Positions 18,138 to 28,777 are shown, counted from the first letter of the stretch. The stretch is DNA of 64,000 bases from an uncultured Terracidiphilus sp. (GCA_964438125.1 CAYTJN010000001.1:42641-106640); one strand, 5' to 3'. Program-made: numbers and translations. Notes: generated by a model from the letters alone, not told the origin.

Positions 18138-20777
18138 TTATTTCAAAACTGCTGCGGGTTCACGCAAGCGAACCTCGGCAACGCCGGAGCGCTCCAGATC
18201 GGATCGTTCGGCTTCGGATCGTTCAAGACAGGCGCGAAGTTGCGCCGCCAAAACCTGGATGTTCGGTTCGCGGAAGACTAGGTCGTGATCGCCAGGCAGT
18301 TCAAACACCTCAACTCCACCTTCCGCGAAGGGAGTCCATCCCAGATCCAGCGGCAGCCGCGGATCCGGCTGGACGGAAGCTCGGAAGAGCGTCACCTTTC
18401 CTGACCAGGGTTGCGCACGATACTTCATCGCCGCCACCCAGGTTATGTCGTCGGTGCTTTTCATAAACGATGGTACGGTGCGAAAACCGAGCACGACCGC
18501 AAGCGAGTAGATCCGGCGCAAGGTTCTTGTAAAAAACTTCTGCCACAGATACTCGATCTTTTCTGTCATCGATAGATCGGAGAGATTTCCTAGAAAGCGC
18601 TCGATTCGGCGACTGAGTTGAAGCCTCACGGAATCGTTCCGTTGCGCGACGCCGATGCAGTCACGCTGGCGGCTATCGAGCATGCCGAGTAGTTTCACCT
18701 GTTCCCCTAGTGTGCGCAACTGATGTGCGATTTCAAGGGCAATCGTGCCCCCGAATGAATATCCGAGGAAATAGTACGGACCCGTTGGTTGGATCTCCCT
18801 CATTTCCTTCAGATAGAACGCTGCCTGATCTTCTAAGCGCAGAAGTGCCGGCTGCTCAGCCAGCAGCGACTGAGCTTGAATGCCATAAATAGGGTGTTTG
18901 GTACCCACCAGCATAGCGAGTTGGTAAAAGCGAATTACGTTTCCACCAGCGCCGTGAATGATAAACAGAGGAGCTGCCGTTCCCTCCGGCTGCATCGGTA
19001 CGATTGAGGAACTGCCGTTTGCGGAAAGACGCTGCGTGACTAACTGCGCCATCCGTTCAACCGTGTGCCCTGAGAACAAAGAAGCTAGACCAAAACTGAG
19101 CGAGTAAGTCTTATTGATTCGGGAGACGATTTGCATTGCGGCCAGTGACCGCCCGCCGAGGTCAAAGAAACTGTCTCGAACGCTCAGATTTGTCGTCCCT
19201 ATTGCCGTCTCCCATATTCTGGCGATCTGTGCCTCAAGCGCGTCGCGGGGAGCCACGTGGAGTTCTCTCTGCTTTGCGGCGACATCTGTTCCCTCGATGG
19301 CGCCTGCGTTCCGATGTCCATTCGGACGGATGACTCGTTCCTGGGCTGCGCCCTCAGAAGCCCCGTCTGAAACCGCAATGAGCTGCTGGCTGCTTTCGCC
19401 TTTCGCCGCTTCCCCCGCCAGACTTTCCGCGCTCGATAGAATGGTGTCAAGAATCTGCACATAAAGCTTGAGAATCCGTTGAATCGTCGAAACGCGAAAG
19501 AATGCTGGATTGAATTCCAACTGGAGGCGGGGACCTTCAGTACGCTCCACGATGCTCAGCATCAGGTCGAACATCGTTCCTGGACTGACGGAGCGCAGGG
19601 GAAAGATCTCCAAAGAAGGCGTCTTCTGGGCCTGCATGAAGGCCTTCTGATAAATGAAGTACACCTGCAGTGAGATTTGATTTTGATCACGGCAAAAAAA
19701 CTCGTCATCGATCAGATCCTCGAAAGGTAGGTCCTGGTGAGCCAGAGCACCAAGTGTCCAGTTACGAACGCTTTCTACGATCGAGTCAAGAGTATCTTCT
19801 TTTCCGATCTTAACGCGAATGACCTGAGGGTTTGAAAAGGGACCGATCAGGTCCTCCGTTTGTTGACGGCGATTGGCGCAGGGCGTGCCGATAAGGATGT
19901 CTCCCTGCTCCGTCAGCCTGTGCAGAGTCGCGGCGTAGGCCGCGAGCAGCAACATATAAAGTGTGACCCCGCGAAGCGCGCAGAAATCCCGAGCCTGCCG
20001 AACCAGATCGGGAGCCAGCAAAAGAGTCTCGATATCGCCGTGTTCTTCGACTCCTCCTCCGTGAATATCTCGGGGGATTCGAAGAGGAGTGAAGTTCCCA
20101 CCGAGAGTTAGACGCCAGTAGGCCAAAGACTCGGTCGACTGTTCTCCCTTTCTCCATTGGTCGAGCCAGACGGCGAAATCGCCAAACTGAATGGGCAACT
20201 CCGGGAGGCAAGGGGGAAGGTTTCGCATCAGGCCGTCATAGATTGCAGCAAAGTCCCTGAGCACTACGCCGTTCGACCATCCGTCGCACACGCTGTGATG
20301 AATCGTGATCAGGAGTATGTGCTGGTCGGCTCCCATCTGTATTGCCCGAGCACAAAGCAGTGGTCCCTTCTCCATATCGATCTTGATACGGGCTTGCTCA
20401 CGAATGATTGCTTCGGCCTGGCGTTGACGGGCATCATTCGGTAGATATTGCAGGTCATCTAAATGCAGGGGCACTTCGATGGGCGAATGAATGATCTGAG
20501 ATAACTGGCCATCTACTACTTCGAAAGTCGTGCGCAGCGACTCGTGTCGACGCACCAGTTCCGTAAGCGCGGCTGCCGCTAGATCCGTAGAGAATGTTCC
20601 TCGGCAGGTCCATGCGAGGGGCATATTCAGTGAGTGGTTGCCGGGGTACATTCGATGCAGCAACCAAAAACGTGTTTGGCACGGTGTCGCCGGCATCACA
20701 AAGTCGTCCGTTGGCGTCGGTATCGCGGGGCGCTCAACTTCGTGAGGAGGAATCGACTTGTCCGGTGAGCTCTTCAT
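18138..20777 (-). CDS. NRPS terminal module C-T-TE with no adenylation domain
   Basis: The C domain has HHSVCDGWS (aa 159-167). The T domain has FFDLGGRSL (Ser544, about nt 19146-19148). The TE has GYSFGG (Ser674) and GDHD (His831). Its ATG shares one base with the upstream TGA at 20777. Confidence 0.9.
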   Translation of the reverse strand: MKSSPDKSIPPHEVERPAIPTPTDDFVMPATPCQTRFWLLHRMYPGNHSLNMPLAWTCRGTFSTDLAAAALTELVRRHESLRTTFEVVDGQLSQIIHSPIEVPLHLDDLQYLPNDARQRQAEAIIREQARIKIDMEKGPLLCARAIQMGADQHILLITIHHSVCDGWSNGVVLRDFAAIYDGLMRNLPPCLPELPIQFGDFAVWLDQWRKGEQSTESLAYWRLTLGGNFTPLRIPRDIHGGGVEEHGDIETLLLAPDLVRQARDFCALRGVTLYMLLLAAYAATLHRLTEQGDILIGTPCANRRQQTEDLIGPFSNPQVIRVKIGKEDTLDSIVESVRNWTLGALAHQDLPFEDLIDDEFFCRDQNQISLQVYFIYQKAFMQAQKTPSLEIFPLRSVSPGTMFDLMLSIVERTEGPRLQLEFNPAFFRVSTIQRILKLYVQILDTILSSAESLAGEAAKGESSQQLIAVSDGASEGAAQERVIRPNGHRNAGAIEGTDVAAKQRELHVAPRDALEAQIARIWETAIGTTNLSVRDSFFDLGGRSLAAMQIVSRINKTYSLSFGLASLFSGHTVERMAQLVTQRLSANGSSSIVPMQPEGTAAPLFIIHGAGGNVIRFYQLAMLVGTKHPIYGIQAQSLLAEQPALLRLEDQAAFYLKEMREIQPTGPYYFLGYSFGGTIALEIAHQLRTLGEQVKLLGMLDSRQRDCIGVAQRNDSVRLQLSRRIERFLGNLSDLSMTEKIEYLWQKFFTRTLRRIYSLAVVLGFRTVPSFMKSTDDITWVAAMKYRAQPWSGKVTLFRASVQPDPRLPLDLGWTPFAEGGVEVFELPGDHDLVFREPNIQVLAAQLRACLERSEAERSDLERSGVAEVRLREPAAVLK

Positions 20778-23700
20778 CAGGCATTGGTTCTCCGAAACTT
20801 TTCCCTTGAAACAGGCGCAATGACGGGTCCCGCGGGAGGCTTTTCAGTGCTTGAGATATTGGCTTCAACAAGAGCATTCGACAGACTGGCGATGGTGCGA
20901 TGCTGAAAAATCTGCGCGGGTTGGATCGGTAGTCCTTCATGCCCGGCACGGGCTGAAATCCTGAAAATAAGAAGCGAGTCAGCTCCCAACTCAAAGATGC
21001 TATCGGTGATGCTGACTCGATCGAGATTCAAAACATCAGCCCAGATTGCCACCAGCTTTTGCTGCTCAGGCGTTGTCGCAGGGGTAAACTCCCGCGTTTT
21101 AGTATGGGTTCCAAAGGTCGGTTCTGGCAAAGACCTGCGGTCGATCTTACCGTTAGCAGTGCGCGGCAAGGCGGGCAGCAAGGAGATGACAGTCGGATGC
21201 ATATACTCAGGCAGTTTCGCAGCCAGCAGGGAGTGCAGTTGCGCGTCTAGATCTATTGGCGGGGTGACCATCGCCGACTCCACCCAGGCCGCCAGCCTCA
21301 CGTCACCGGGCCTGACTTGGACTGCGGTCACCACCGCATCTCGTACCGATGGATGACTCGCAAGAGCTGCCTCTATTTCGCCCAGTTCAATCCTGAAGCC
21401 GCGTACCTTCACCTGGAAATCGGTCCGTCCCTGCAGTTCAATGTGACCGTTCTGGAGCCAGCGCGCCTGATCGCCTGTGCGGTAGATTCGTCCCTGGCCG
21501 AATGGGTTCGGCAGAAATTTTGCGGCAGTCAAATCGGGTCTCTTCCAGTAGCATCGAGCCAACCCGACCCCACCAATGTATAGCTCGCCGGTTACTCCCA
21601 ACGGTACTGGTTGCAGGCGCTCGTCAAGCACATAGAACTGGGTGTTGGCGATGGGCGGTCCAATCGGCACCGGGCCTGTCCGTTTTTCGAGCCGGGTTGC
21701 CGAAGACCAGATGGTGGTCTCCGTCGGCCCGTAAACGTTCCATACATCGTCACTGCAATCCATCAGCGAATCGGCAAGTTCGCGGGCCAGAGCCTCGCCG
21801 CCGCAGAGCACTTTGAGCCGCGGAAGCCCCTTCCAGCCTGCCTCTAGCAGAATCCGCCAACCTGCCGGCGTCGCCTGCATCACTGTGGCCTGGGTCTGCT
21901 CCAGCAGGTTGAGCAATTGGTACCCATCGACAACCTGTTCTTTGGTAGCAATTACCAGCCTGCCCCCAGTTACGAGAGGCAGAAAGAGTTCAAGCGCGGC
22001 AATGTCGAACGAAAGAGTTGTGACCGAAACTAGCGTGTCCGTAGCGTTCAAGCCAGGTTCCCGCTCCATGCTCCGAAGCAGGTTGGTCAGTGCTCCATGT
22101 TCGATGGCTACGCCCTTGGGCTGTCCCGTGGAGCCGGAGGTATAAATCACATACGCCAAAGAATCGGGCTCATTTTTCGTGACAAGGTCCGTGGTACCTT
22201 CCCTCGCCCATAATGTCCGCTCGCTGTCAAGGCAAACGACCCGCGCGCTGGCGTGCAGCCTTGAGGCCAAGTGTTCCTGGGTAAGCAGCAGGGCTACGTG
22301 CGCGTCAGAAAGTACCCATTCCAGGCGGCTGATAGGGTGGCTGGGGTCGAGGGGTAGATATGCCGCGCCCGCCTTGAGTACTCCCAATACCGCGCCCAGC
22401 ATCTGGAAGGAGCGCTCAAGGCATACGCCCACAAGAGAGCCTTCGCCAATTCCCTGGCGGCGGAGATGTCGGGCCAACCGATTACTGTATTCGTTAAGTT
22501 GTCCGTAGGTCCACCGCGCTCCGTCGCAGATTACCGCAACACGATCGGGTGAATATGTGGCTTGTTTCTCAATGGCTCGATGGACCGGTTCAAACGGCCC
22601 GAAATCCACCGCCGTGCGGTTCCACTCGTCGAGCACCAGCCTTCGTTCGCTTTCATCCAAAACCTCGAGATCCTCGACCTCGCGGCCTGCGTCCGCAGCT
22701 ATTCCGCGCAGAATCGTTGCGTACGAGGCCAGCCAGCGTTTGAGTGTTTCGCTGTCGATCAGGTCGGTATTGTAATCGCAATTCATCAGAAGATCGTCGT
22801 CGGTTTCAACGATATTCAAGAAGAGGTCCGTGTTCACGAATCTCTTCGGATTGGCATGCACTTCTGTAGCAAGCCCCTCGAAGTGGAGATTTGTTCCCAG
22901 TTTCTCCAAGTTGAACTGGACTTCAATCAATGGCAGGCGGCTTGAATCCCGCTGAATCGGCAGCTTGCGCAACAGCGTGCCGTAGGTGAATTCCTGATGG
23001 TCATAAGCATCGAGAAGTTGTCCGCGCGTGGTGGCCATGTGTTCTTTGACTGTGATGGCCCTCGATAGAACGCTCAGAATCGGGAGGAAATGCACGCAGT
23101 GTCCTACGAGGCTCGCGTCTTCATATAAGGCTTGTCCGGCAGATGAAATGCCGACCACCACTTCGGACTGCCGCGTCAGTCGATGCAGCAGAATCTGAAA
23201 CGCCGAAAGCAGGGTCACATACAGCGTGCAGCCAAGTCTGGAGCTGATTTTTTTAAGCTCCCCGGATAGCTCCGCACCCAAAGATGATTGCAGTGTCGCT
23301 CCCTTGTAGGACTTCATCGCTGGGCGCGGCCGATCGGTGGGCAGGTCCAGCACCGGTGTGTGTCCAGTGAAAACCTCTATCCAGTAACGCTCGTTTTCGG
23401 CATAAGTGCCCGCTTGAGTTTCTTCGAACTCCTTCAGCGCATAACTGCTAAAGGGAACCAGCGGCGCCAGAGCCGGTTTGGAATGGGTCTTTGATGCACT
23501 GTAGATCTTGCTCATATCCTCAAGCAGTTGGTTCGATGACCACCCGTCGAGTACGATATGATGCCCAGTCGCAAGTAGCAGTAACTCTTCGGGGGCTGTG
23601 CGGAAGAGCGTTGCCCGGAAAAGCGGGCCACGAGCCAAATCGAAGGGCTTGCATCCTTCTTCCGCGATACGCGCGTTGATGAATGCCTTACGCTCTTCGG

Positions 23701-26700
23701 CGGAAATCGCGCTCAAGTCAACGAACGCGATCTGGCCTGTGAACGCGGGTGCGATCCTCATGCATTCCTCGTCGGGATCGACCGTCGAACGAAGAGCGTC
23801 GTGGCGTGCGATGGCCGCTTCGAGCGCATGCAGCGTTTGATCCTCGCGCGCCGGACCTCGCAGGCTCAGCGTCAGCGATTCGTTAAAGGCGCAGTTGGCC
23901 TCGCTGCCTCGCGTGGCTGCCAGCCAGATCTCGCGCTGCGATTCGGTGAGGGGAACTTTGGCTGGAGCCTCGTAGGCGCTTGATGTGACGCGTGAGGCTT
24001 GATGAAATTCCGGCAACATGGCCGTGGCAGGCGCGGGGACCTCTAGAACTGCCGGAGCCGGCAACATGCCGCCACGGCGCATCTCTAGGACTGATTCGCG
24101 GAAGCCCTCAACAACGTGCGCAAAATCCTCATCGGAGTGCGCAGTGGTAAAGAAGCAGGGGTAGTTCTCGAGGATGTGAATACCCTTCTCGCGCATGTGG
24201 TAATACAGAAGGCTGCCGAAGCGGGCTTCCGTGGGCAAGTTGAATGAGAACCACGCGCCGCATGGGTGCACGCCAACATCGAGCGCGGCATCTTTAAAAA
24301 TCTCTGCCACGGCCTGCGCTGCGGAGGCCACCTTCCGACTGAGGGTTTCTTGGAGTTGCGGTCCCGCTTCCTTTAGATGGCGCAGGATGGCCTTGGCTGC
24401 TGCGAGAGCCAGCGGATGGCGCACAAACGTTCCAGCAAAGAACGTCATCCCAACCTCGGGAGCCGAGTCATCGCCGTATTGCCACGCACCGCCATCGAGC
24501 GTGTCAAGGAACTCCGCTCGTCCCGCTACCACGCCGATCGGATAGCCACCGCCCATCACTTTACCATAGGTGGCCAAATCGGCGCGAATCCCGTAGTACT
24601 CCTGTGCCCCGCCGAGAGCCACGCGGAAACCAGTCACCACTTCATCGAAGATCAGCGCTGTTCCAGATAGAGCGGTGATTCTGCGCAGTTCGCTCAGAAA
24701 CTCACGCGGCTGCACTTCTGGATGACGGCTTTGAATGGGCTCGACCAGAACTGCGGCGATCTCATTGCCATGTGCACGAACGTACTCCAGTGATGCTTGC
24801 GCTCCGTATTCCAACACCACAGTGTTGTTCGAGCCTCCCGCCATGATGCCGGGAGCAATCGGCGCGGCGCCGTGCGGTGTGGCTCGTAGCAGAACTTCGT
24901 CGAAAGTCCCGTGATAGTCACCCGTGAAGTAAACGATTTTGTCGCGAGCAGTCACCGTGCGTGCCACGCGCAGCGCCGCCATCACCGCTTCAGATCCCGT
25001 ATTGCAAAACGCGGCGCGCTCCATGCCTGTTAGCTCGCAGATCAGAGCCGCAACTTCACCTGACAGCGAACTCTGCGGGCCGATCTCAACGCCCAGATCG
25101 ATTTGGTTGTGCACGGCTTCATTCACAAAATCCGGTCCGTGCCCGAACATGATCGCGCCAAAACCGTTGACGATGTCGATGTATTCGTTGCCGTCAAGAT
25201 CCACGATCCGCGAGCCTTTTGAGCGGCAGGTCACCAACGGGTAGACCATTTCCTTCCACAAGGACCGAAAACCTGCGACGGCCCGCGGATCGGAAAGATG
25301 TGGCCGATACGCTTGCGTATACTCCTTTGACTTACCGGTGCGGCTCGTGTAGCGAGAGATGAGTGACTGAATGTACTCGCTCTGCTTCTCTGTCAGCCCG
25401 TCTTTGGTCCCCGCCTGCACTGGTTTGAATGGCCCATGCGTCTTAAGTCCGCCAGATGGTGCGACGGAAACTGCTGCGCTCCCGACGGCGTTCTTCGCAG
25501 CGGCCGGCAGAGAACTGCCTGACTGTGCGCAGGCTTGCTGCGTTTTGATGTCAGGCGCTGCTCCGCGGACCGCCGCGAGTTGCTGTTCAAAAAGCCTGGA
25601 CATTGCCTGCATCTGCGCTCGCAACAGCTCTTCGAGAGCCGAACCTGTCTCGGCGGAAAGTGGAGCGTCTGCCGCAGGAGCAACCCCGGCGATAGCTGCG
25701 GTAGGCTGCGCCTGTTCTTGAGGGAAAGCATCTGCGGGAAGAATCGCGTCCAGTCGTTCGGCGAGCATGCGAATGCTTGAGTACTGTTCCACGATCTGAC
25801 GGAAGGTCACCTTCACGCCGAAGCGGCGCTGCACCGCCTGCGTCGCCTGGGTCAGAAAAAGAGAATCGAATCCCAGCTCCAGAAACGATGTGTCGAAGTA
25901 TTCCGAGCCGATGGCAATCCCGCTTAATTCCTCAAAGAGCCTTGCAACAACAGGCTGAAGCCTAAGACTGCGTTCAACTGCGATTCCAACTACATCAAGG
26001 GTCATCTTTCCTTCTCCCCCAATTTGTACTTCAGTCTCTCGGGTCGCAATGTTCGATTGGAGGGGAGCGTTGGCCGCAATCGCGCCGGCCGCCACGTATG
26101 CGGGTGGCTCGATCCAATGCTTCTTGCGTTCGAATGGATAAGTGGGAAGTGAAATGCGGCGCCTACGTTCGTGGTTCCAAACACGCTCCCAATCCGGCTG
26201 AATACCGGTTGTCCATAGCCGGCCCAGGGCCTCCAGCATGGTTCCCGAATCACCCGCTTCCCCGGTACGCTCCGGCATGGATGCCACGATCGGCACGGCG
26301 CGATTGCCGCGCTGCTGTCGCGCAAGGGTCGTCAGCGACTGCCCCGGCCCCACTTCCAGCAGCACAGCTTCGGGCAGGCCGAGCAAGAGCTTCACGGCGT
26401 CGGCGAAACGCACAGGCTTCCGGCAATGATCCCGCCAATAACGCGGCGTGATCGCTTCTTCCGGTTTGATCCAAGTACCAGTCACTCCGGAGACGTATGG
26501 AATCGTGGGCGCATGAAGAGCGACTCGCCGAACTTCATCCTCGAAGGCATCGAGCATCGGGTCCATCATTGCGGAATGGAAGGCGTGCGAAGTTCGCAAG
26601 CGTTTGCATTCGACCTGCTCCTCTCGCAACAGCTTCTCCAATTCCTCAATGGCTTCCAGCGGTCCCGACGCGACACTCAGTGACGAGCTGTTTACTGCTG

Positions 26701-28777
26701 CAATCGAAAGCTGTTCGCCGATAAAAGACCTGATCTGCTCATCGCCTAAGCGCACCGAGAGCATCGCCCCGCGCTCCATCTGCTGCATTAACCTGCCGCG
26801 CACTGCGACCAGCCTAAGCCCATCTTCTCGCGACATCACATCTGCAGCGACGGCGGCAACAAATTCCCCGATGCTATGCCCAGTCATGGCCTTCGGCGTG
26901 ACGCCCCACGCCATCCATTGCCTGACCATCGCGAGTTCAGTGATGAATAGTGCAGGTTGCGCCAATCGCGTTTCAGTTAATGCCTCCGCGCAGGCATTTG
27001 AGTCCGCACCTGCCGGAAAAAGAATGTTGCGCAGGTCGAGATCCAGCAATGGGCGCAGGATTTCTGCGCATTCATCGATTTCTTTCCGATAAACGGCCTC
27101 AGTCTCATAGAGTGCGCGACCCATCCCTGGATACTGCGCGCCCTGCCCGGTGAAAAGAAAGATCGGTTGGGGCCTGGCGAGTACGCTCGCGGACCTCTGA
27201 ATCCGCCGGTTCGCAGGGTCTGCAAGCGTCCGCGCAGCTTCGTCCACACTCGAGCATACGACCGATGCGCGATAATCGAATCCGTGTCGGCCTGTCTGGA
27301 GCGTATAGGAAACGTCCGCTAGATTCGATTTGGGATGTTCTTGCAGATAGCGGCCGAGGTTACCAAGCGCCGCATCAATCGCGGTCTCAGAACGCGCGGA
27401 CACCGTGAGCAACTGGGTTGGGCGCACGGAAGGTTCCAGTGAAACATGTGGCCCTTCTTCGAGCACCACATGTGCGTTCACGCCTCCGACGCCAAAGGCG
27501 CTCACGCCGGCCATGCGCGGGCCATCGGACTTCCATGGCGAAGCTTCGCCGCTCACAAGAAAAGGTGTGTTCGCAAAATCGATCCGCGGGTTTGGGCGGC
27601 GGAAATTGGCCACCGGCGGGATAGTTTTATGCCGCATAGCGAGCACGGTTTTGATCAACCCGCTGACTCCTGCCGCTGCGTCTAGGTGGCCGATGTTTGC
27701 TTTGGTGCTGCCCAGTGCGCAGAAACCATTTTGCTGCGTCGTTTGGCGAAAGGCCCTAGTCAGCGCGGCAACCTCGACGGGATCGCCCAGCGGCGTTGCG
27801 GTGCCGTGCGCTTCAACAAACGTAATGGCGTCCGCGCTGATTCCTGCCATTGCGTGGGCGGCTGCGATAGCCGCAGCTTGTCCATCCACGCCGGGGGCCA
27901 TGTAGCTGACCTTCGCTGCGCCATCGTTGGAGACCGCAAAGCCGCGAATGACGGCGTCGATGCGGTCGCCGTCGTTAAGCGCATCTTCCAGTCGCTTCAG
28001 CAGCACCACCCCCACACCGTGTCCAAACACAGTGCCTGTCGCGTCGGCGTCGAATGGGCGGCAATGACCGTCGCGCGATCCCATGCTGCCTTCCTGAAAG
28101 ACATGGCCGCGATGTTGTGGGAACGTCACCGACACGCCGCCGGCAAGCGCCATGTCGCACTGGTACGTTAAAAGATTCTGGCACGCCTGACAGATCGCGA
28201 CCAGCGATGTTGCGCACGCGCCTTGTACCGTCATGCATGGCCCACGCAGGTTCAGCTTGTAGGCCACGCGGGAACAGAGAAAGTCCTTATCGTTGCCCAG
28301 CGTCGTCTGAAGTTCGCCGACCTGGTAGTTGCCCGTGAGTTCGTCGATAAACTCCCGGGTTGCGCTCAGGTTTGCCAGCAAATAGGTGTTCAGGCTGCAT
28401 CCGCCAAAGATGCCGATCTGCCCAGCAAATTGCGCCGGATCATATCCGCCATCTTCGAGCGCATTCCAGCAAGTCTCCAGAAACAACCGGTGCTGCGGGT
28501 CTAGAACATCAGCCTCACGCGGTGGTATGCCGAAGAAGCCGGCATCGAACATCTCGGCACCTTCGAGAACACCGTGAGCTGCCACGTAGTCGGCGCCGAA
28601 CTCCAAAGACGCATGGTTTTTGGCTTCCAATTCCTCGCGAGAGAATTGTGTGATCGTATCTTTGCCTGCCGCGACATTTGCCCAAAAGATATCGAGATTC
28701 GGCGCGCCGGGAAACTTGCCCGACATGCCGATGATTGCAACGCCTTCGAGACGGTTTTCGTTTTCAGGAGTGCTCAT
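20777..28777 (-). CDS. hybrid PKS-NRPS: KS-AT-ACP-aminotransferase(class III PLP)-C-A-T
   Basis: The true start is ATG 28777 (MSTPENENRLEGVAIIGMSGKFPGA). Approximate domain coordinates follow. KS is at 27458-28750 (GACATS Cys, EAHGTAT, NIGHLD). AT is at 26273-27166 (GHSIGE, HAFH). ACP is at 25748-26005 (LGFDSL). AMT is at 24083-25405 (GSEAVMAALRVAR, FDEVVTGFR, ATYGKVMGGG). C is at 22658-23965 (HHIVLDGWS). A is at 21128-22600 (YTSGSTGQPKGV, NVYGPTETT, YRTGD, GKIDRR). T is at 20858-21085 (LGADSL). Confidence 0.95.
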   Translation of the reverse strand: MSTPENENRLEGVAIIGMSGKFPGAPNLDIFWANVAAGKDTITQFSREELEAKNHASLEFGADYVAAHGVLEGAEMFDAGFFGIPPREADVLDPQHRLFLETCWNALEDGGYDPAQFAGQIGIFGGCSLNTYLLANLSATREFIDELTGNYQVGELQTTLGNDKDFLCSRVAYKLNLRGPCMTVQGACATSLVAICQACQNLLTYQCDMALAGGVSVTFPQHRGHVFQEGSMGSRDGHCRPFDADATGTVFGHGVGVVLLKRLEDALNDGDRIDAVIRGFAVSNDGAAKVSYMAPGVDGQAAAIAAAHAMAGISADAITFVEAHGTATPLGDPVEVAALTRAFRQTTQQNGFCALGSTKANIGHLDAAAGVSGLIKTVLAMRHKTIPPVANFRRPNPRIDFANTPFLVSGEASPWKSDGPRMAGVSAFGVGGVNAHVVLEEGPHVSLEPSVRPTQLLTVSARSETAIDAALGNLGRYLQEHPKSNLADVSYTLQTGRHGFDYRASVVCSSVDEAARTLADPANRRIQRSASVLARPQPIFLFTGQGAQYPGMGRALYETEAVYRKEIDECAEILRPLLDLDLRNILFPAGADSNACAEALTETRLAQPALFITELAMVRQWMAWGVTPKAMTGHSIGEFVAAVAADVMSREDGLRLVAVRGRLMQQMERGAMLSVRLGDEQIRSFIGEQLSIAAVNSSSLSVASGPLEAIEELEKLLREEQVECKRLRTSHAFHSAMMDPMLDAFEDEVRRVALHAPTIPYVSGVTGTWIKPEEAITPRYWRDHCRKPVRFADAVKLLLGLPEAVLLEVGPGQSLTTLARQQRGNRAVPIVASMPERTGEAGDSGTMLEALGRLWTTGIQPDWERVWNHERRRRISLPTYPFERKKHWIEPPAYVAAGAIAANAPLQSNIATRETEVQIGGEGKMTLDVVGIAVERSLRLQPVVARLFEELSGIAIGSEYFDTSFLELGFDSLFLTQATQAVQRRFGVKVTFRQIVEQYSSIRMLAERLDAILPADAFPQEQAQPTAAIAGVAPAADAPLSAETGSALEELLRAQMQAMSRLFEQQLAAVRGAAPDIKTQQACAQSGSSLPAAAKNAVGSAAVSVAPSGGLKTHGPFKPVQAGTKDGLTEKQSEYIQSLISRYTSRTGKSKEYTQAYRPHLSDPRAVAGFRSLWKEMVYPLVTCRSKGSRIVDLDGNEYIDIVNGFGAIMFGHGPDFVNEAVHNQIDLGVEIGPQSSLSGEVAALICELTGMERAAFCNTGSEAVMAALRVARTVTARDKIVYFTGDYHGTFDEVLLRATPHGAAPIAPGIMAGGSNNTVVLEYGAQASLEYVRAHGNEIAAVLVEPIQSRHPEVQPREFLSELRRITALSGTALIFDEVVTGFRVALGGAQEYYGIRADLATYGKVMGGGYPIGVVAGRAEFLDTLDGGAWQYGDDSAPEVGMTFFAGTFVRHPLALAAAKAILRHLKEAGPQLQETLSRKVASAAQAVAEIFKDAALDVGVHPCGAWFSFNLPTEARFGSLLYYHMREKGIHILENYPCFFTTAHSDEDFAHVVEGFRESVLEMRRGGMLPAPAVLEVPAPATAMLPEFHQASRVTSSAYEAPAKVPLTESQREIWLAATRGSEANCAFNESLTLSLRGPAREDQTLHALEAAIARHDALRSTVDPDEECMRIAPAFTGQIAFVDLSAISAEERKAFINARIAEEGCKPFDLARGPLFRATLFRTAPEELLLLATGHHIVLDGWSSNQLLEDMSKIYSASKTHSKPALAPLVPFSSYALKEFEETQAGTYAENERYWIEVFTGHTPVLDLPTDRPRPAMKSYKGATLQSSLGAELSGELKKISSRLGCTLYVTLLSAFQILLHRLTRQSEVVVGISSAGQALYEDASLVGHCVHFLPILSVLSRAITVKEHMATTRGQLLDAYDHQEFTYGTLLRKLPIQRDSSRLPLIEVQFNLEKLGTNLHFEGLATEVHANPKRFVNTDLFLNIVETDDDLLMNCDYNTDLIDSETLKRWLASYATILRGIAADAGREVEDLEVLDESERRLVLDEWNRTAVDFGPFEPVHRAIEKQATYSPDRVAVICDGARWTYGQLNEYSNRLARHLRRQGIGEGSLVGVCLERSFQMLGAVLGVLKAGAAYLPLDPSHPISRLEWVLSDAHVALLLTQEHLASRLHASARVVCLDSERTLWAREGTTDLVTKNEPDSLAYVIYTSGSTGQPKGVAIEHGALTNLLRSMEREPGLNATDTLVSVTTLSFDIAALELFLPLVTGGRLVIATKEQVVDGYQLLNLLEQTQATVMQATPAGWRILLEAGWKGLPRLKVLCGGEALARELADSLMDCSDDVWNVYGPTETTIWSSATRLEKRTGPVPIGPPIANTQFYVLDERLQPVPLGVTGELYIGGVGLARCYWKRPDLTAAKFLPNPFGQGRIYRTGDQARWLQNGHIELQGRTDFQVKVRGFRIELGEIEAALASHPSVRDAVVTAVQVRPGDVRLAAWVESAMVTPPIDLDAQLHSLLAAKLPEYMHPTVISLLPALPRTANGKIDRRSLPEPTFGTHTKTREFTPATTPEQQKLVAIWADVLNLDRVSITDSIFELGADSLLIFRISARAGHEGLPIQPAQIFQHRTIASLSNALVEANISSTEKPPAGPVIAPVSREKFRRTNA

